Made by a program: the position numbers and the translations under genes. A stretch of 64,000 bases of DNA from Candidatus Latescibacterota bacterium (GTDB taxonomy: Bacteria > Latescibacterota > UBA2968 > UBA8231). The stretch lies in the NCBI GenBank assembly GCA_965197905.1, contig CBDAOB010000004.1:64001-128000 (forward strand), read 5' to 3'. The notes below the pieces were generated by a model, which was not told where the DNA came from, searched no databases, and saw only the letters and a program-made list of their open reading frames with translations. Below are positions 41,621 through 51,455 of this stretch, piece after piece (positions within the stretch are counted from its first letter, which is position 1; every line of letters starts with the position of its first letter).

Positions 41621-42658
41621 ATGGAAGACTCTACCTACAAAGCGGGAATCATCGGACTCGGATTTATAGGTGCCGGCGATCAGGTTTCAGGAGACGCACT
41701 GGGGCAGAACGTCAGGGATCTCGGCGGTACCCACGATGCTTCGTACGTCCGTCATCCGCGCGTCGAGCTAATCGCGGGGAGCAGCCGCGATGAGGGCCGG
41801 CGGGAGCGGTTTGCCGCTCGCAGCGGGGGAGCGCGCACCTACGCCGACTGGCGGGAGATGCTGGATGAGGAAGACCTCGACATCGTGAGCGTTGCCACCT
41901 ACACCCACGTTCGCGCCGAGATTACCATCGGATGTGCTGAGCGTGGGGTGCGGGCGATCTTCTGTGAGAAGCCGATCGCAAGCACCGTCACGGACGGTGA
42001 GAGAATGGTCGCCGCCTGCGAACGGTCTGGGTCCTTGCTCGTGGTCAATCACAATCGACGCTTTGAGTCAAATCACCGGGCATTGCGCGACCTGGTCGCA
42101 GCCGGGCGATTGGGGCAGCTCACCTCGGCCATGGTTCAATGGAGCAGTGGGCGCCTGGGAAACGTGGGCACCCACATGTTTGATGCGCTGCGGATGTTGA
42201 CGGGGCGTGAAGTGCTGGGCGTTTCAGGGGTTCTAGACATGGCTGGGAAGCCGGACTGTCGTGGGGACCAGTTTCGCGATCCGGGCGGCTGGGGTTTGTT
42301 TCGCCTCGAGGATGGCATCATGGCAACCGTAACCGCTCCGGACTACGGCATGGTGACGCCGCAAATCATCCTCTGCGGAACCAAAGGTCGAGCTGTGGCG
42401 ACCACCGACATCGAAGTCGAGTATGCCGATGGCGGGAGCGAGTCGCTGCCTCGGGGCGCAGGTTCGAATATGGACGTCGCAATAGATGAAATCGTGGACT
42501 GGCTCGACGGCGGCTCCGAGTTCAGCTACCCCCCTTCGGGTGCGGTGCGAACGCTGGAGGTTATCGCCGCATTGCACGTCTCCGAGGCGCGAAACGGCTC
42601 CTGGGTAGCATTGCCCCTGTCGGAAAACGACAAAACGATCGTGGTAAATAGCGGTTGA
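41621..42658 (+). CDS. Gfo/Idh/MocA oxidoreductase
   Basis: GIIGLG, CEKPIA, NHNRRF, GTHMFD. Confidence 0.93.
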   Translation: MEDSTYKAGIIGLGFIGAGDQVSGDALGQNVRDLGGTHDASYVRHPRVELIAGSSRDEGRRERFAARSGGARTYADWREMLDEEDLDIVSVATYTHVRAEITIGCAERGVRAIFCEKPIASTVTDGERMVAACERSGSLLVVNHNRRFESNHRALRDLVAAGRLGQLTSAMVQWSSGRLGNVGTHMFDALRMLTGREVLGVSGVLDMAGKPDCRGDQFRDPGGWGLFRLEDGIMATVTAPDYGMVTPQIILCGTKGRAVATTDIEVEYADGGSESLPRGAGSNMDVAIDEIVDWLDGGSEFSYPPSGAVRTLEVIAALHVSEARNGSWVALPLSENDKTIVVNSG

Positions 42659-43389
42659 TGGATGCGCACTTCAACAGTGAGGATGTTGTGAATACCACAA
42701 ACAGCAGGTTCGAAAACGCGGAAATCGGTGAAGGGTGCCGGATCGACGATGATGTCACACTGGGTTATCGCTTCCACTCCGACTGCGGTCCGGCGCGCAT
42801 TGGAAAGCAGTGCGTATTACACAAGGGAACCGTTATATACGGCGATGTTACCATCGGTGACTACTTCCTCGGGAGCCATTACATCGTAGTTAGAGCTCGA
42901 GTGCGAATGGGGGATCACTGTGCCTTAGGCAACCATTCTACCATCGAGGGGATCGTGCGTTTGGGAACAGCCGTTCGAATCATGTCCCACACATATATTC
43001 CATCGCGGACCTGGGTCGGCGATCACGTCTTCATTGGTCCGTGGGTGACCTTTCTCAACGACAAGTATCCGTATCGCCGCGACCCCGCGCCCACGCCAAG
43101 GGGTGCGACGCTGGAGGACGATGTCATGGTGGGTGGAGGCGCTACTATCATACCAGGAGTAACTATCGGAGAGCGCAGTTTCATCGGCGCTGGCGCATTG
43201 GTGAATAAGGACATACCGCCACGGAGCCTGGTGGTCGGTGTCCCGGGTCGCATCTCGCCTTTGCCGAAGAAGCTGGATGTTCGGAATACGCGAGCGTCTA
43301 CCACGGGAATGTATGGCATGTGGGACGCGCGCACAGAATATTCCGGTAGCAGCGATTGGCCCGATGATTGGCCCGAAGCTTTTTCATAA
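42655..43389 (+). CDS. Hexapeptide-repeat acyltransferase
   Basis: Left-handed beta-helix repeats, FLNDKYP, IGAGALVNKDIP, VGVPGR. Confidence 0.9.
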   Translation: MMDAHFNSEDVVNTTNSRFENAEIGEGCRIDDDVTLGYRFHSDCGPARIGKQCVLHKGTVIYGDVTIGDYFLGSHYIVVRARVRMGDHCALGNHSTIEGIVRLGTAVRIMSHTYIPSRTWVGDHVFIGPWVTFLNDKYPYRRDPAPTPRGATLEDDVMVGGGATIIPGVTIGERSFIGAGALVNKDIPPRSLVVGVPGRISPLPKKLDVRNTRASTTGMYGMWDARTEYSGSSDWPDDWPEAFS

Positions 43390-43462
43390 ATCGAAAGCTG
43401 AAATCCTTCTATTTCACACGACCGTTTCCATCTCTTACAAGGCGTCGACCACTCGAATCTTG

Positions 43463-43491
43463 TGGACAATATTATTCCACGTACTTATCTT
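43463..43491 (+). promoter_or_regulatory. Possible sigma70 promoter
   Basis: TGGACA-N17-TATCTT. Confidence 0.45.
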
Positions 43492-43682
43492 TTCATCAAG
43501 AGAAATCGACCCCCCTGGCACCTCCCGGGCACCTCCCGCTCTCCCCGAGCATCTCTTCGCAGGACCTGCGCGCCCTGTTTCCCCGGTAATGCCGCGTCGG
43601 CGCAATCACCGCGAGCGGGTGGCAGCGTGTTTCCGGATTTGCCAGCGAGATACCAACTACTCAATTCGAAAGGAGTCATTCA

Positions 43683-43880
43683 ATGGCTTTTTCCTACACA
43701 AACGGTCGTGGTAAAACCTACATTCTGCATTCGAAAACCACGACGCTGAAGAACGGCAATACCCAGACCATTTATTTCTTTGCCGGCCAACAGAAGGAAG
43801 GGGCGTTGGATGCCGTACCGGCAGGTTACGTGGTATCCGAAACAAAAAACGGATTGCCGGTGCTGAAACGCGACAGTTAG
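43683..43880 (+). CDS. Small hypothetical protein (65 aa)
   Basis: AAAGGAG SD, own terminator, natural-looking sequence (TYILH, TIYFF, PAGY, GLPVLK). Confidence 0.85.
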   Translation: MAFSYTNGRGKTYILHSKTTTLKNGNTQTIYFFAGQQKEGALDAVPAGYVVSETKNGLPVLKRDS

Positions 43881-43908
43881 AACCGGATCGATAGCAATAC
43901 GAGCGCAG

Positions 43909-43943
43909 GAGGCTTTGCCATGAGGCAAAGCCTCTTTTTTTTT
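43909..43943 (+). terminator. Rho-independent terminator
   Basis: GAGGCTTTGCC-ATGA-GGCAAAGCCTC then T9. Confidence 0.92.
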
Positions 43944-44010
43944 GTCCGCGCCCTGCATACTTTCTATCCCTGCGCAGGATTACCCTACGATCCAGGATGC
44001 GAGGAGCAGT

Positions 44011-44982
44011 ATGGATAAAGTTCGATGGGGCATCATAGGCTGCGGCGACGTCACTGAGGTGAAAAGCGGCCCCGCCTTTAGCAAGGTGGACCATTCCGAA
44101 CTGGTTGCAGTCGCGCGTAGAAACGGCGAGCTGGCTGCGAACTACGCCGAGCGCCACGGGGTCGATAAATGGTACGACGATGCTACAAAGCTGATTGACG
44201 ACCCGGATGTCGACGCCGTCTACATCGCGACTCCCCCAGGTTCGCACGCCGAATTTACGCTCAAGGCCGCGGCAGCGGGGAAGCCGGTATACGTAGAGAA
44301 ACCGATGGCCCGCACCTACGCAGAGTGTGCATCGATGATCGAAGCGTGTGATAAAGCCGGCGTGGGACTCTTCGTTGCGTACTATCGCCGCGCGCTGCCG
44401 GCGTTTGTCAAAACGAAAAAACTGATCGAAGAGGGCGCGATCGGGCAGGTGAGATTCGTCACTACGGAGTTCGCCAGACCGCCGTCTGTCGAGGATGTTG
44501 AAGGTCCTCTACGGTGGAGGGTAAAACCCGAGCTGTCCGGAGGAGGATATTTCTTCGATCTGGGATCGCATCTTTTAGACTATCTCGACCATCTATTTGG
44601 GCCGATCAAACACGCGTCAGGCCGAGCGGTAAATCAAGCCGGTTTGTATGACGCCGAGGACATCGTTGTTGCGACCTACGACTTTCCAGGTGGAGTGCAG
44701 GGGAGTGGAGTGTGGTGTTTCACCGCCGGACCCTCAGCGGCAATCGATTCCACGAAAGTGGTTGGCGACCGCGGCGAACTCACCTTTGCCACCTTCGACT
44801 TCCGGCCGGTGCAAGTGTCCAACGACAAGGGCGTGGAAGAGTTTGACCTTCCGGTCCCTGAACATGTGCAGCAACCGTTGATTCAGAGTATCGTCGACGA
44901 GTTGCGCGGCGTCGGATCGTGCCCCAGTACCGGTCTTACCGCCGCACGCACCAGCAAGATCGTGGACGAGATCGTAAGATAA
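44011..44982 (+). CDS. Gfo/Idh/MocA oxidoreductase
   Basis: WGIIGCGDVTEVKSGPAF, VEKPM, AYYRR, GGYFFDLGSH. Confidence 0.93.
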   Translation: MDKVRWGIIGCGDVTEVKSGPAFSKVDHSELVAVARRNGELAANYAERHGVDKWYDDATKLIDDPDVDAVYIATPPGSHAEFTLKAAAAGKPVYVEKPMARTYAECASMIEACDKAGVGLFVAYYRRALPAFVKTKKLIEEGAIGQVRFVTTEFARPPSVEDVEGPLRWRVKPELSGGGYFFDLGSHLLDYLDHLFGPIKHASGRAVNQAGLYDAEDIVVATYDFPGGVQGSGVWCFTAGPSAAIDSTKVVGDRGELTFATFDFRPVQVSNDKGVEEFDLPVPEHVQQPLIQSIVDELRGVGSCPSTGLTAARTSKIVDEIVR

Positions 44983-44987
44983 TTGGC

Positions 44988-45965
44988 CTAGTCGGATCGG
45001 CGCAAGAGTTCAGCAACGTCCTTGGCAAAGTAGGTCAAGATCATATCGGCACCGGCGCGTTTGATCGAAGTCAGGGCCTCCATCATGGCCAGTTCGGCGT
45101 CGATCCATCCTCTTTCGGCAGCCGCGCGTATCATTCCGTATTCGCCCGACACGTTGTAGGCCGCGACGGGCACGTCGAAGGCTGCTCGAACCGCGGCGAT
45201 CACGTCGAGATAAGCCAGGGCCGGCTTGACCATGACCACGTCGGCACCCTCTTCGATATCGAGGGCGATTTCTCGTAGCGCTTCCCGCCGATTGGCGCAG
45301 TCCATTTGATACGTCTTCTTGTCTCCCTTCTTGGGCGCGGACTTCAATGCGCCCCTGAACGGACCGTAGAAACAGGATGCGTATTTCGCGGAATACGCGA
45401 GAATACCAACCTGGTAGAATCCGGCTGCGTCCAGCGCGGTGCGAATGGCGCCCACTCGCCCATCCATCATGTCGGAAGGCGCGATCCAGTCAACTCCAGC
45501 ATCGGCATGAGAAACCGCCATCTTGCACAACACTTCTACTGTTTCGTCGTTTGCGACCTCGCCGTCGATTACCAGCCCGTCATGACCGTGTACGGTGTAT
45601 GGATCAAGCGCGGCGTCGGTCTGGACGCACAGGTCCGGCAGTTCCCTTTTCAACGCGCTTACGGCTCGCTGTATTAACCCCGCCGGATTGTACGCCTGCG
45701 TCCCCTTATCATCCTTTTCCTCGCAGTAGCCGAAAAGATTTACGGCCGGAATGCCGAGCCGCCATATTTCCACGCATTCCTGTACCAGTTCGTCGATGGA
45801 AAAGCGGTATTGGCCGGGCATCGTGTCGATGCCCTCGCGTACGCTATGACCTTCCATAACGAACATGGGGTAGATCAGATCGGACACGTCGATAGATGTC
45901 TCTTTGACCAGACCGCGAATTGGTTCTGTCCGCCGCAGACGTCGGGGTCGTCGCACCAACTTCAT
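44988..45965 (-). CDS. hemB: Porphobilinogen synthase
   Basis: RPRRLR, DAALDPYTVHGHDG (Cys-free, Zn-independent type), PSDMMDGR, MVKPA. Confidence 0.97.
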   Translation of the reverse strand: MKLVRRPRRLRRTEPIRGLVKETSIDVSDLIYPMFVMEGHSVREGIDTMPGQYRFSIDELVQECVEIWRLGIPAVNLFGYCEEKDDKGTQAYNPAGLIQRAVSALKRELPDLCVQTDAALDPYTVHGHDGLVIDGEVANDETVEVLCKMAVSHADAGVDWIAPSDMMDGRVGAIRTALDAAGFYQVGILAYSAKYASCFYGPFRGALKSAPKKGDKKTYQMDCANRREALREIALDIEEGADVVMVKPALAYLDVIAAVRAAFDVPVAAYNVSGEYGMIRAAAERGWIDAELAMMEALTSIKRAGADMILTYFAKDVAELLRRSD

Positions 45966-46064
45966 AAGACTTTCTTCCGGTGAGAAACCAACATATCTTG
46001 CTCCAGTAAAACTAGCTAATGCCTAAGTCCATGTCCACATTCCATTTATCGCCTGGAGGTGCGA

Positions 46065-46502
46065 ATGGAACCGTCAGCTGATCACGTCTTCGTTCGCACC
46101 GGGCGGCAACCATACAAAACGAAAATCGCCAAAGACGGCCATGAGATCGCGGCCGATGAACCGCTCGATGCGGGCGGCGGTGATTCGGGCATGACGCCGT
46201 ATGATCTCCTATTGGGAGCTCTAGGTTCCTGTACATCGATGACCCTGCGGATGTACGCTGACCGGAAACAATGGTCGTTGGAAGCCATCGTGGTACGACT
46301 CCAGCACCACAAGATCCATGCCGTTGACTGCGAGGAGTGCGAAAGTCGCAACGGATACGTAGATCACATCGAGAGAGAGATCGAGTTGACCGGCGAGCTG
46401 GAGCCAGATCAGCGCCAGAGATTACTTGAGATTGCCAATCGCTGTCCGGTGCATCGCACCTTGCATTCCGAGGTGGTTGTCGCCACCACCTTGATAGAAT
46501 GA
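46065..46502 (+). CDS. OsmC/YhfA-family protein
   Basis: ADEP...GG.D.G..PYDLLL.ALGSCT, RCPVHRTL. Confidence 0.92.
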   Translation: MEPSADHVFVRTGRQPYKTKIAKDGHEIAADEPLDAGGGDSGMTPYDLLLGALGSCTSMTLRMYADRKQWSLEAIVVRLQHHKIHAVDCEECESRNGYVDHIEREIELTGELEPDQRQRLLEIANRCPVHRTLHSEVVVATTLIE

Positions 46503-47179
46503 GCGGCCACACCGGCTCGGGGCCAAGCACCATGTTCAACGAGGTCATTCAGATCGCGGGAGTACTAGATGCGTTGGAAGCTGAGATGTTGCTTGCTTCG
46601 GGCATCGACCTTCTGGGGTTCCCGTTGCGGCTCGACGTACACTGCGAAGACGCCAGCGAAAGCGAAGTCGTGAGGATCATAGAAAAGCTGTGTATTCGGC
46701 GGCATGCAACGGTCATTACCTATTTGCATACAGCAACGGATGTACTAGACTTGTGCGATGCCGTCGGCGCCGGCAAGGTCCAGCTTCACGGAGACATCGG
46801 CGTCGATCAACTGGCACTGGTAAGGTCGTCTCGTCCGCACTTATCGATCATCAAGAGCTTGATCGTGAGAGACGGGAGCGTAGATGATCTGACAGGGCTC
46901 ACGCAGCGCTGCGAGCCATTTGTCGATGCTTTTATTCTCGATTCTTTCGACCAGGACAGTGGAGCTTCGGGTGCGACCGGAAAGGTGCACGACTGGTCCT
47001 TGAGTTCCGAGCTGGTCAAGTATTCTCGTCGGCCGGTGTTGTTGGCTGGTGGATTGACCCCTGAAAACGTCGGCGAGGCGATCCGCAGGGTGCGACCGGC
47101 CGGCGTCGATGTTCACACCGGCGTGGAGGCAGTGGATGGCCGGAAGGATCGTGGTCGAGTCCGCCGATTCGTGATCTAG
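46499..47179 (+). CDS. trpF: Phosphoribosylanthranilate isomerase-like protein (C-terminus possibly shortened by a frameshift)
   Basis: VQLHG, GATGKVHDW, LAGGLTPENV, GVDVHTGVE. Confidence 0.82.
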   Translation: MSGHTGSGPSTMFNEVIQIAGVLDALEAEMLLASGIDLLGFPLRLDVHCEDASESEVVRIIEKLCIRRHATVITYLHTATDVLDLCDAVGAGKVQLHGDIGVDQLALVRSSRPHLSIIKSLIVRDGSVDDLTGLTQRCEPFVDAFILDSFDQDSGASGATGKVHDWSLSSELVKYSRRPVLLAGGLTPENVGEAIRRVRPAGVDVHTGVEAVDGRKDRGRVRRFVI

Positions 47180-47260
47180 CTAGAGCAGCCTTCGCCGCTT
47201 TGAGAAGCGATAACCTCGCAGCGCAACGAGTCCACACATTCCAGATGAGGAGTTGATGAA

Positions 47261-48004
47261 TTGAAACTGGCAGGCAAGTACGCGTTGATAGCAGGTGGGG
47301 CGACGGGAATAGGGCGTGCGACGGCAGAGCTTTACGCCAGCGAGGGTGCGGCCATTGCAATCATGGATTACAACGAAGAAGAGGGCCGGGAGGCGGTCTC
47401 CACCATCGAGGCGGTGGGCGGCAGGGCGTCGTTCTACAAAGCAGATGTCCGCGATGAAGGAGAGGTTGCCAACGCGATAAAATCGGTGGATGCCGAATTC
47501 GGCCGTCTCGACGCGGCGGTTTGTTCCGCCGGCGTGCTCCGCGGAGCGTCACGCAAGATTGCCGAACTCTCGCTCGAAGAGTGGGAAGCAACCATTGGCA
47601 CAAATCTTACGGGGACTTTCTTGACGATCAAACATGCGGTGCCCCTGCTGGAAAAGGCCGACACCTCCGTTCTTATGGTAATTTCCTCGGGCGCAGGAGT
47701 GTACGGCGGCAGTTCGTCGTTCGCTTACGCCGCTAGCAAAGGGGGTCTGTACGGAATGCGTTTTAATCTGGAAGGGGAGCTCGGACCCAAAGGAGTGCGG
47801 GTGCACATCATCTGCCCCGGCAGCATTACGACGCCGCTCAAAGTGAAAAATATGGTTGAAAACGCTGAAAGGCGGGGGGGAGACCCTCGTGAGGCTTTGG
47901 AGGAAGCCAAAAGATTGGGGGACCCGATCGGAGTCGCCCGAATTCTGCTGATGCTGGCATCCGAAGAGGGCGAATACATGCGGGGCACGGTCAATACCCG
48001 GTAA
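47261..48004 (+). CDS. Short-chain dehydrogenase/reductase
   Basis: GGATGIG, YAASK, ICPG. Confidence 0.93.
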   Translation: MKLAGKYALIAGGATGIGRATAELYASEGAAIAIMDYNEEEGREAVSTIEAVGGRASFYKADVRDEGEVANAIKSVDAEFGRLDAAVCSAGVLRGASRKIAELSLEEWEATIGTNLTGTFLTIKHAVPLLEKADTSVLMVISSGAGVYGGSSSFAYAASKGGLYGMRFNLEGELGPKGVRVHIICPGSITTPLKVKNMVENAERRGGDPREALEEAKRLGDPIGVARILLMLASEEGEYMRGTVNTR

Positions 48005-48010
48005 GTCACA

Positions 48011-49021
48011 ATGGGGAAAGCTGAGATGAGCAAAATTGATTACAACGACCTGGATCGTGATATCTGGGAAAAAGAGCTGGAGGAATACGTCCCTTCGGTG
48101 ATATACGACATGCACGTACATGCATGGTCGGACGCGCACAAAGGTACCAACATCGGCCCTCCAACCGGTTTACGCTTGGAGATCGGATATCAAGATCATC
48201 TGGATTGGGCGGCAAAGCTGTATCCCGCAAGGGAGATGCATTACCTCCTCTTGGGAACGCCTCTCGTCGGTGGCGATCTGGAAGGCCACAACAACTGGAT
48301 GGCTGCAGAGTTTGCCGCCGATCCGAAGTCGGAGATCAACTTGATGGTTACCCCCGACATGACCCCGGAGTACGTGGAGGAACAGGTCAGGAAACACGAC
48401 TTCTTTGGGCTCAAACCGTATCGTCTGTTTGCGCCCGACCCAACCAATGGCCGTATGCGCGACTTTCTGCCGGAACCGTTCATCGAGCTGGCGCATGACA
48501 TGGGATTGGCTATAACGATGCACATGGCCAAGAAGACCGGTCCCGCCGACGCGGACAATTTGCGAGACTTGAAGGAGTATACAAGCAAGTACCCGCGCGC
48601 CCAGTGGATTCTAGCGCACTGCGCGCGGTCCTTCAACTGTTTCATGATGGAGGAAGCGATCCATGCCCTTGCGGATCTACCCAACATCTGGTATGACACA
48701 TCTGCTGTTAACGATCTTTACACGCAGTATCTGTTGATGAAACACGAAGATCGAAAGCGGGTAATGTTCGGATCCGACAACATCTGCGCCGGCGGCACGC
48801 GCGGCAAGTACGTTACCTGGGGGCGGGGATGGACGCTCTTTGAAGGAGACGAAGGTGCGCCGCATTGCGACGGCAGGCCGACATTCGTGATATACGAGCA
48901 GCTGCGCCACGAAAAACAGGTCGCCGATATGCTCGGGCTCAGTACATCCGAGATCGAAGATCACTTCTCCGGCAATGCGAAGCGATTCTTCGCTCAGGTT
49001 AGGGCGAATCGCAAAACCTGA
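48011..49021 (+). CDS. Amidohydrolase_2 family protein
   Basis: DMHVH, GLKPY, ILAHCAR, YDTS, MFGSD. Confidence 0.88.
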   Translation: MGKAEMSKIDYNDLDRDIWEKELEEYVPSVIYDMHVHAWSDAHKGTNIGPPTGLRLEIGYQDHLDWAAKLYPAREMHYLLLGTPLVGGDLEGHNNWMAAEFAADPKSEINLMVTPDMTPEYVEEQVRKHDFFGLKPYRLFAPDPTNGRMRDFLPEPFIELAHDMGLAITMHMAKKTGPADADNLRDLKEYTSKYPRAQWILAHCARSFNCFMMEEAIHALADLPNIWYDTSAVNDLYTQYLLMKHEDRKRVMFGSDNICAGGTRGKYVTWGRGWTLFEGDEGAPHCDGRPTFVIYEQLRHEKQVADMLGLSTSEIEDHFSGNAKRFFAQVRANRKT

Positions 49022-49058
49022 CGCGGGCGACGAGCAAAGGAGACAGGGAAAAACTCAC

Positions 49059-50105
49059 GTGAATCGGCCAAATCCCATTCGACTCATCAACAGCGTGGCG
49101 CCCATCCGCATCTGCGACAATGGTGGGTGGACCGATACCTGGTTTGCCGAACATGGCAAGATCTTCAACATCGGTGTCTATCCGTACGCGGAGGTACAGC
49201 TACAGCTGTTCAAGCGGGACCAGGTGCCTAATCGAATCGTCATTCACGCAGAGAATTATGGCGAGCGCTACTCGGTTCAGCAGGCAAAAGAGGGTTGGAC
49301 CCAGCACCCGTTGCTGGAAGCGTCTATCGAATATATGGGGGTGCCAGACGACATCGCTTTCGAGGCGACAATCTACTGCGATGCCCCGGCGGCGTGTTCC
49401 ACCGGCACTTCTGCTGCCGTGACAGTGGCCCTGGTGGGAGCCCTGGATCTGCTGACTCCCGGGCGGCTAACGCCGTATGACGTCGCTCAGGCAGCCCAGC
49501 GGATCGAGACCGACATGCTCAAGCAGCAGTGCGGCATCCAGGATCAGCTCTGTTCCGCTTTCGGTGGTATCAACTATATAGAGATGTTTAACTACCCTCA
49601 CGCCGCGGTTTCGCAGTTGCACGTTCCGAACTCCACATGGTGGGAGCTGGAACGACGTTTGATGCTGGTTTTCCTCGGGAAGTCGCACAGCTCCTCCCAA
49701 GTGCACGAAACGGTGATCGCCGATCTGGAGGGCGAAGGCCCCGGTTCCATAAAGCTGGAGGATTTGCGCAAGACTGCCGAAAAGGCTAGGGACGCCGTCT
49801 ATGCTGGAGATTTTCAAGCGCTGGGCGCCTCGATGTCGGAGAACACCGACGCGCAGACCCGACTGCACCCGGATCTGGTGAGCTTGGAAGCCCAAGCGGT
49901 CATAGACATTGCTCGAGAACGGGGCGCATTGGGATGGAAAGTCAATGGCGCCGGAGGCGATGGCGGTTCCATCACCTTGCTGGCCGGGTTGCACTCGCAC
50001 CAGAAGCGGGAGCTCATCCGCGAGGTGGAATCCCGCAATCCGCTGTTTAAAGTGATTCCTATCTATTTGAGCCGCTTTGGCCTACGTCTCTGGGACTCAG
50101 CTTGA
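49059..50105 (+). CDS. GHMP-family sugar kinase (HddA-like)
   Basis: APIRI..GGWTD, P...STGTSAA, GIQDQ...AFGG, KVNGAGGDGG. Confidence 0.9.
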   Translation: MNRPNPIRLINSVAPIRICDNGGWTDTWFAEHGKIFNIGVYPYAEVQLQLFKRDQVPNRIVIHAENYGERYSVQQAKEGWTQHPLLEASIEYMGVPDDIAFEATIYCDAPAACSTGTSAAVTVALVGALDLLTPGRLTPYDVAQAAQRIETDMLKQQCGIQDQLCSAFGGINYIEMFNYPHAAVSQLHVPNSTWWELERRLMLVFLGKSHSSSQVHETVIADLEGEGPGSIKLEDLRKTAEKARDAVYAGDFQALGASMSENTDAQTRLHPDLVSLEAQAVIDIARERGALGWKVNGAGGDGGSITLLAGLHSHQKRELIREVESRNPLFKVIPIYLSRFGLRLWDSA

Positions 50106-50138
50106 TGAGCGGCCACACTTTCTTTAACTTATAACGAT

Positions 50139-51299
50139 ATGGCAGATCGCGAAAAAGAGGCAAAAAAGCGGAAAAAGACACCCGGCCGCGCCTGGTACGC
50201 GGGCAAGGTTCCCCCCGAGCTGCAGATGCTGACAGACGCAGAAGGGGCGGACGAATCGGCGCAGGTGCTGTATGCCAGCGGCGGGGGCGAGGGGGAGTAC
50301 GCGGATGTCGTGAAGGGTCTCTACGACGCCATGGACTCGCTCAAGCGAAATCCAAACGACTTTCGGACATGGACCGAAGAAGACGGCATGGAAACCTTCT
50401 TGGAGGTTCTGCTGGATTTTGCCGAGTCGGAAACCCGCGCAAGGGTTAGGATACTGCAGCAAGTCGGAGCATTCAAATTCAGATCGGTGGACGGGCCTGA
50501 TGAAAAGAAGGCGAAGATCGAAGCGGTATTCGAAGATCCCCAAGATCTGGATCAGAAGGATGCGATTAGCGGCCAGGCCCGAAAACTCAACTTGATTTGG
50601 GCGGCAAAGCCGGATTCCCTGCTCGACTATGTCATCGGCCGCCCCGCACAGATCGGTCGCGCCCTCTCCGAGCGTCTCAATCCAGCCGATCCGGGACCTT
50701 TACAGCTGGTCGGTCATCCATTCGATGAGGTGCACAGTTCGTTGCTCCAACCGCTGGCTGCGAGCAAGACGGTGGCGTGGGAACGGGACTCCGAGATCCA
50801 CGTCCTGACCCCCGTGGGTAGGGTTTTGGAAAACTGGGATCAGGATACGGAAGCTACCGGGGGGTGTGATCAGGTCACCTTGCTCGACGCGTTGCTGCTG
50901 CACGAGCTGGTAGAGCTTTCGCTACACGAATCGGACCCGGATATGGATCCCATTTCGGCCCACATTGTCGCTTCGACCTTTGAGAGGTACCTGAAGAACA
51001 CCCTGTTGACGGTGGCGGTGGAGGATTTCTTTCTCGAGTGGCCGCCTTTGTCTGCGGCGGAGATTGAAGAGCGGAGTGCCGCCGAACTCGAGGCTCAACT
51101 GGCCGGCGTCAACGCTTTTCTCGGCGAGGAAGAGATCCCGGATGACGATGACGCGGGGCTGGATGATCTACCCATGGACGACGCCGTCCCGAGGAAAAAG
51201 AAGAAAAAGAAGGTGGTGAAGGGTAAAGTGGTAAAAGGTAAGGTGGTGAAGAAGAAGGTCGTAAAGAAGAAGATCGTAAAGAAGAAAAAGCAGGTCTGA
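50139..51299 (+). CDS. Hypothetical acidic protein with HELVE motif and Lys/Val-repeat tail
   Basis: 386-aa ORF ending KKKKKKVVKGKVVKGKVVKKKVVKKKIVKKKKQV. Confidence 0.8.
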   Translation: MADREKEAKKRKKTPGRAWYAGKVPPELQMLTDAEGADESAQVLYASGGGEGEYADVVKGLYDAMDSLKRNPNDFRTWTEEDGMETFLEVLLDFAESETRARVRILQQVGAFKFRSVDGPDEKKAKIEAVFEDPQDLDQKDAISGQARKLNLIWAAKPDSLLDYVIGRPAQIGRALSERLNPADPGPLQLVGHPFDEVHSSLLQPLAASKTVAWERDSEIHVLTPVGRVLENWDQDTEATGGCDQVTLLDALLLHELVELSLHESDPDMDPISAHIVASTFERYLKNTLLTVAVEDFFLEWPPLSAAEIEERSAAELEAQLAGVNAFLGEEEIPDDDDAGLDDLPMDDAVPRKKKKKKVVKGKVVKGKVVKKKVVKKKIVKKKKQV

Positions 51300-51325
51300 T
51301 CGTTTTCAGCGTCCTCGGGTCAACC

Positions 51326-51455
51326 TCGTTCAGAATCTCCTCCTTTTCCTTCAGTTCGGCGAACCCGGGTGATCGACGCTGCCACGTTAGTCGCCGCCCG
51401 CGCCTTCTTGCTCTGTTCGCAAATCGTTCAGAATCTCCTCCTTTTCCTTCAGTTC
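51326..51455. repeat. Exact 32-bp direct repeat (51326-51357 and 51424-51455)
   Basis: TCGTTCAGAATCTCCTCCTTTTCCTTCAGTTC in both positions. Confidence 0.92.

Noticed and set aside
51326..51455. 32-bp repeat as a CRISPR array or DGR template/variable repeat
   Set aside because: Only two copies, one inside coding sequence; no cas or reverse transcriptase gene; copies identical, with no adenine-specific differences
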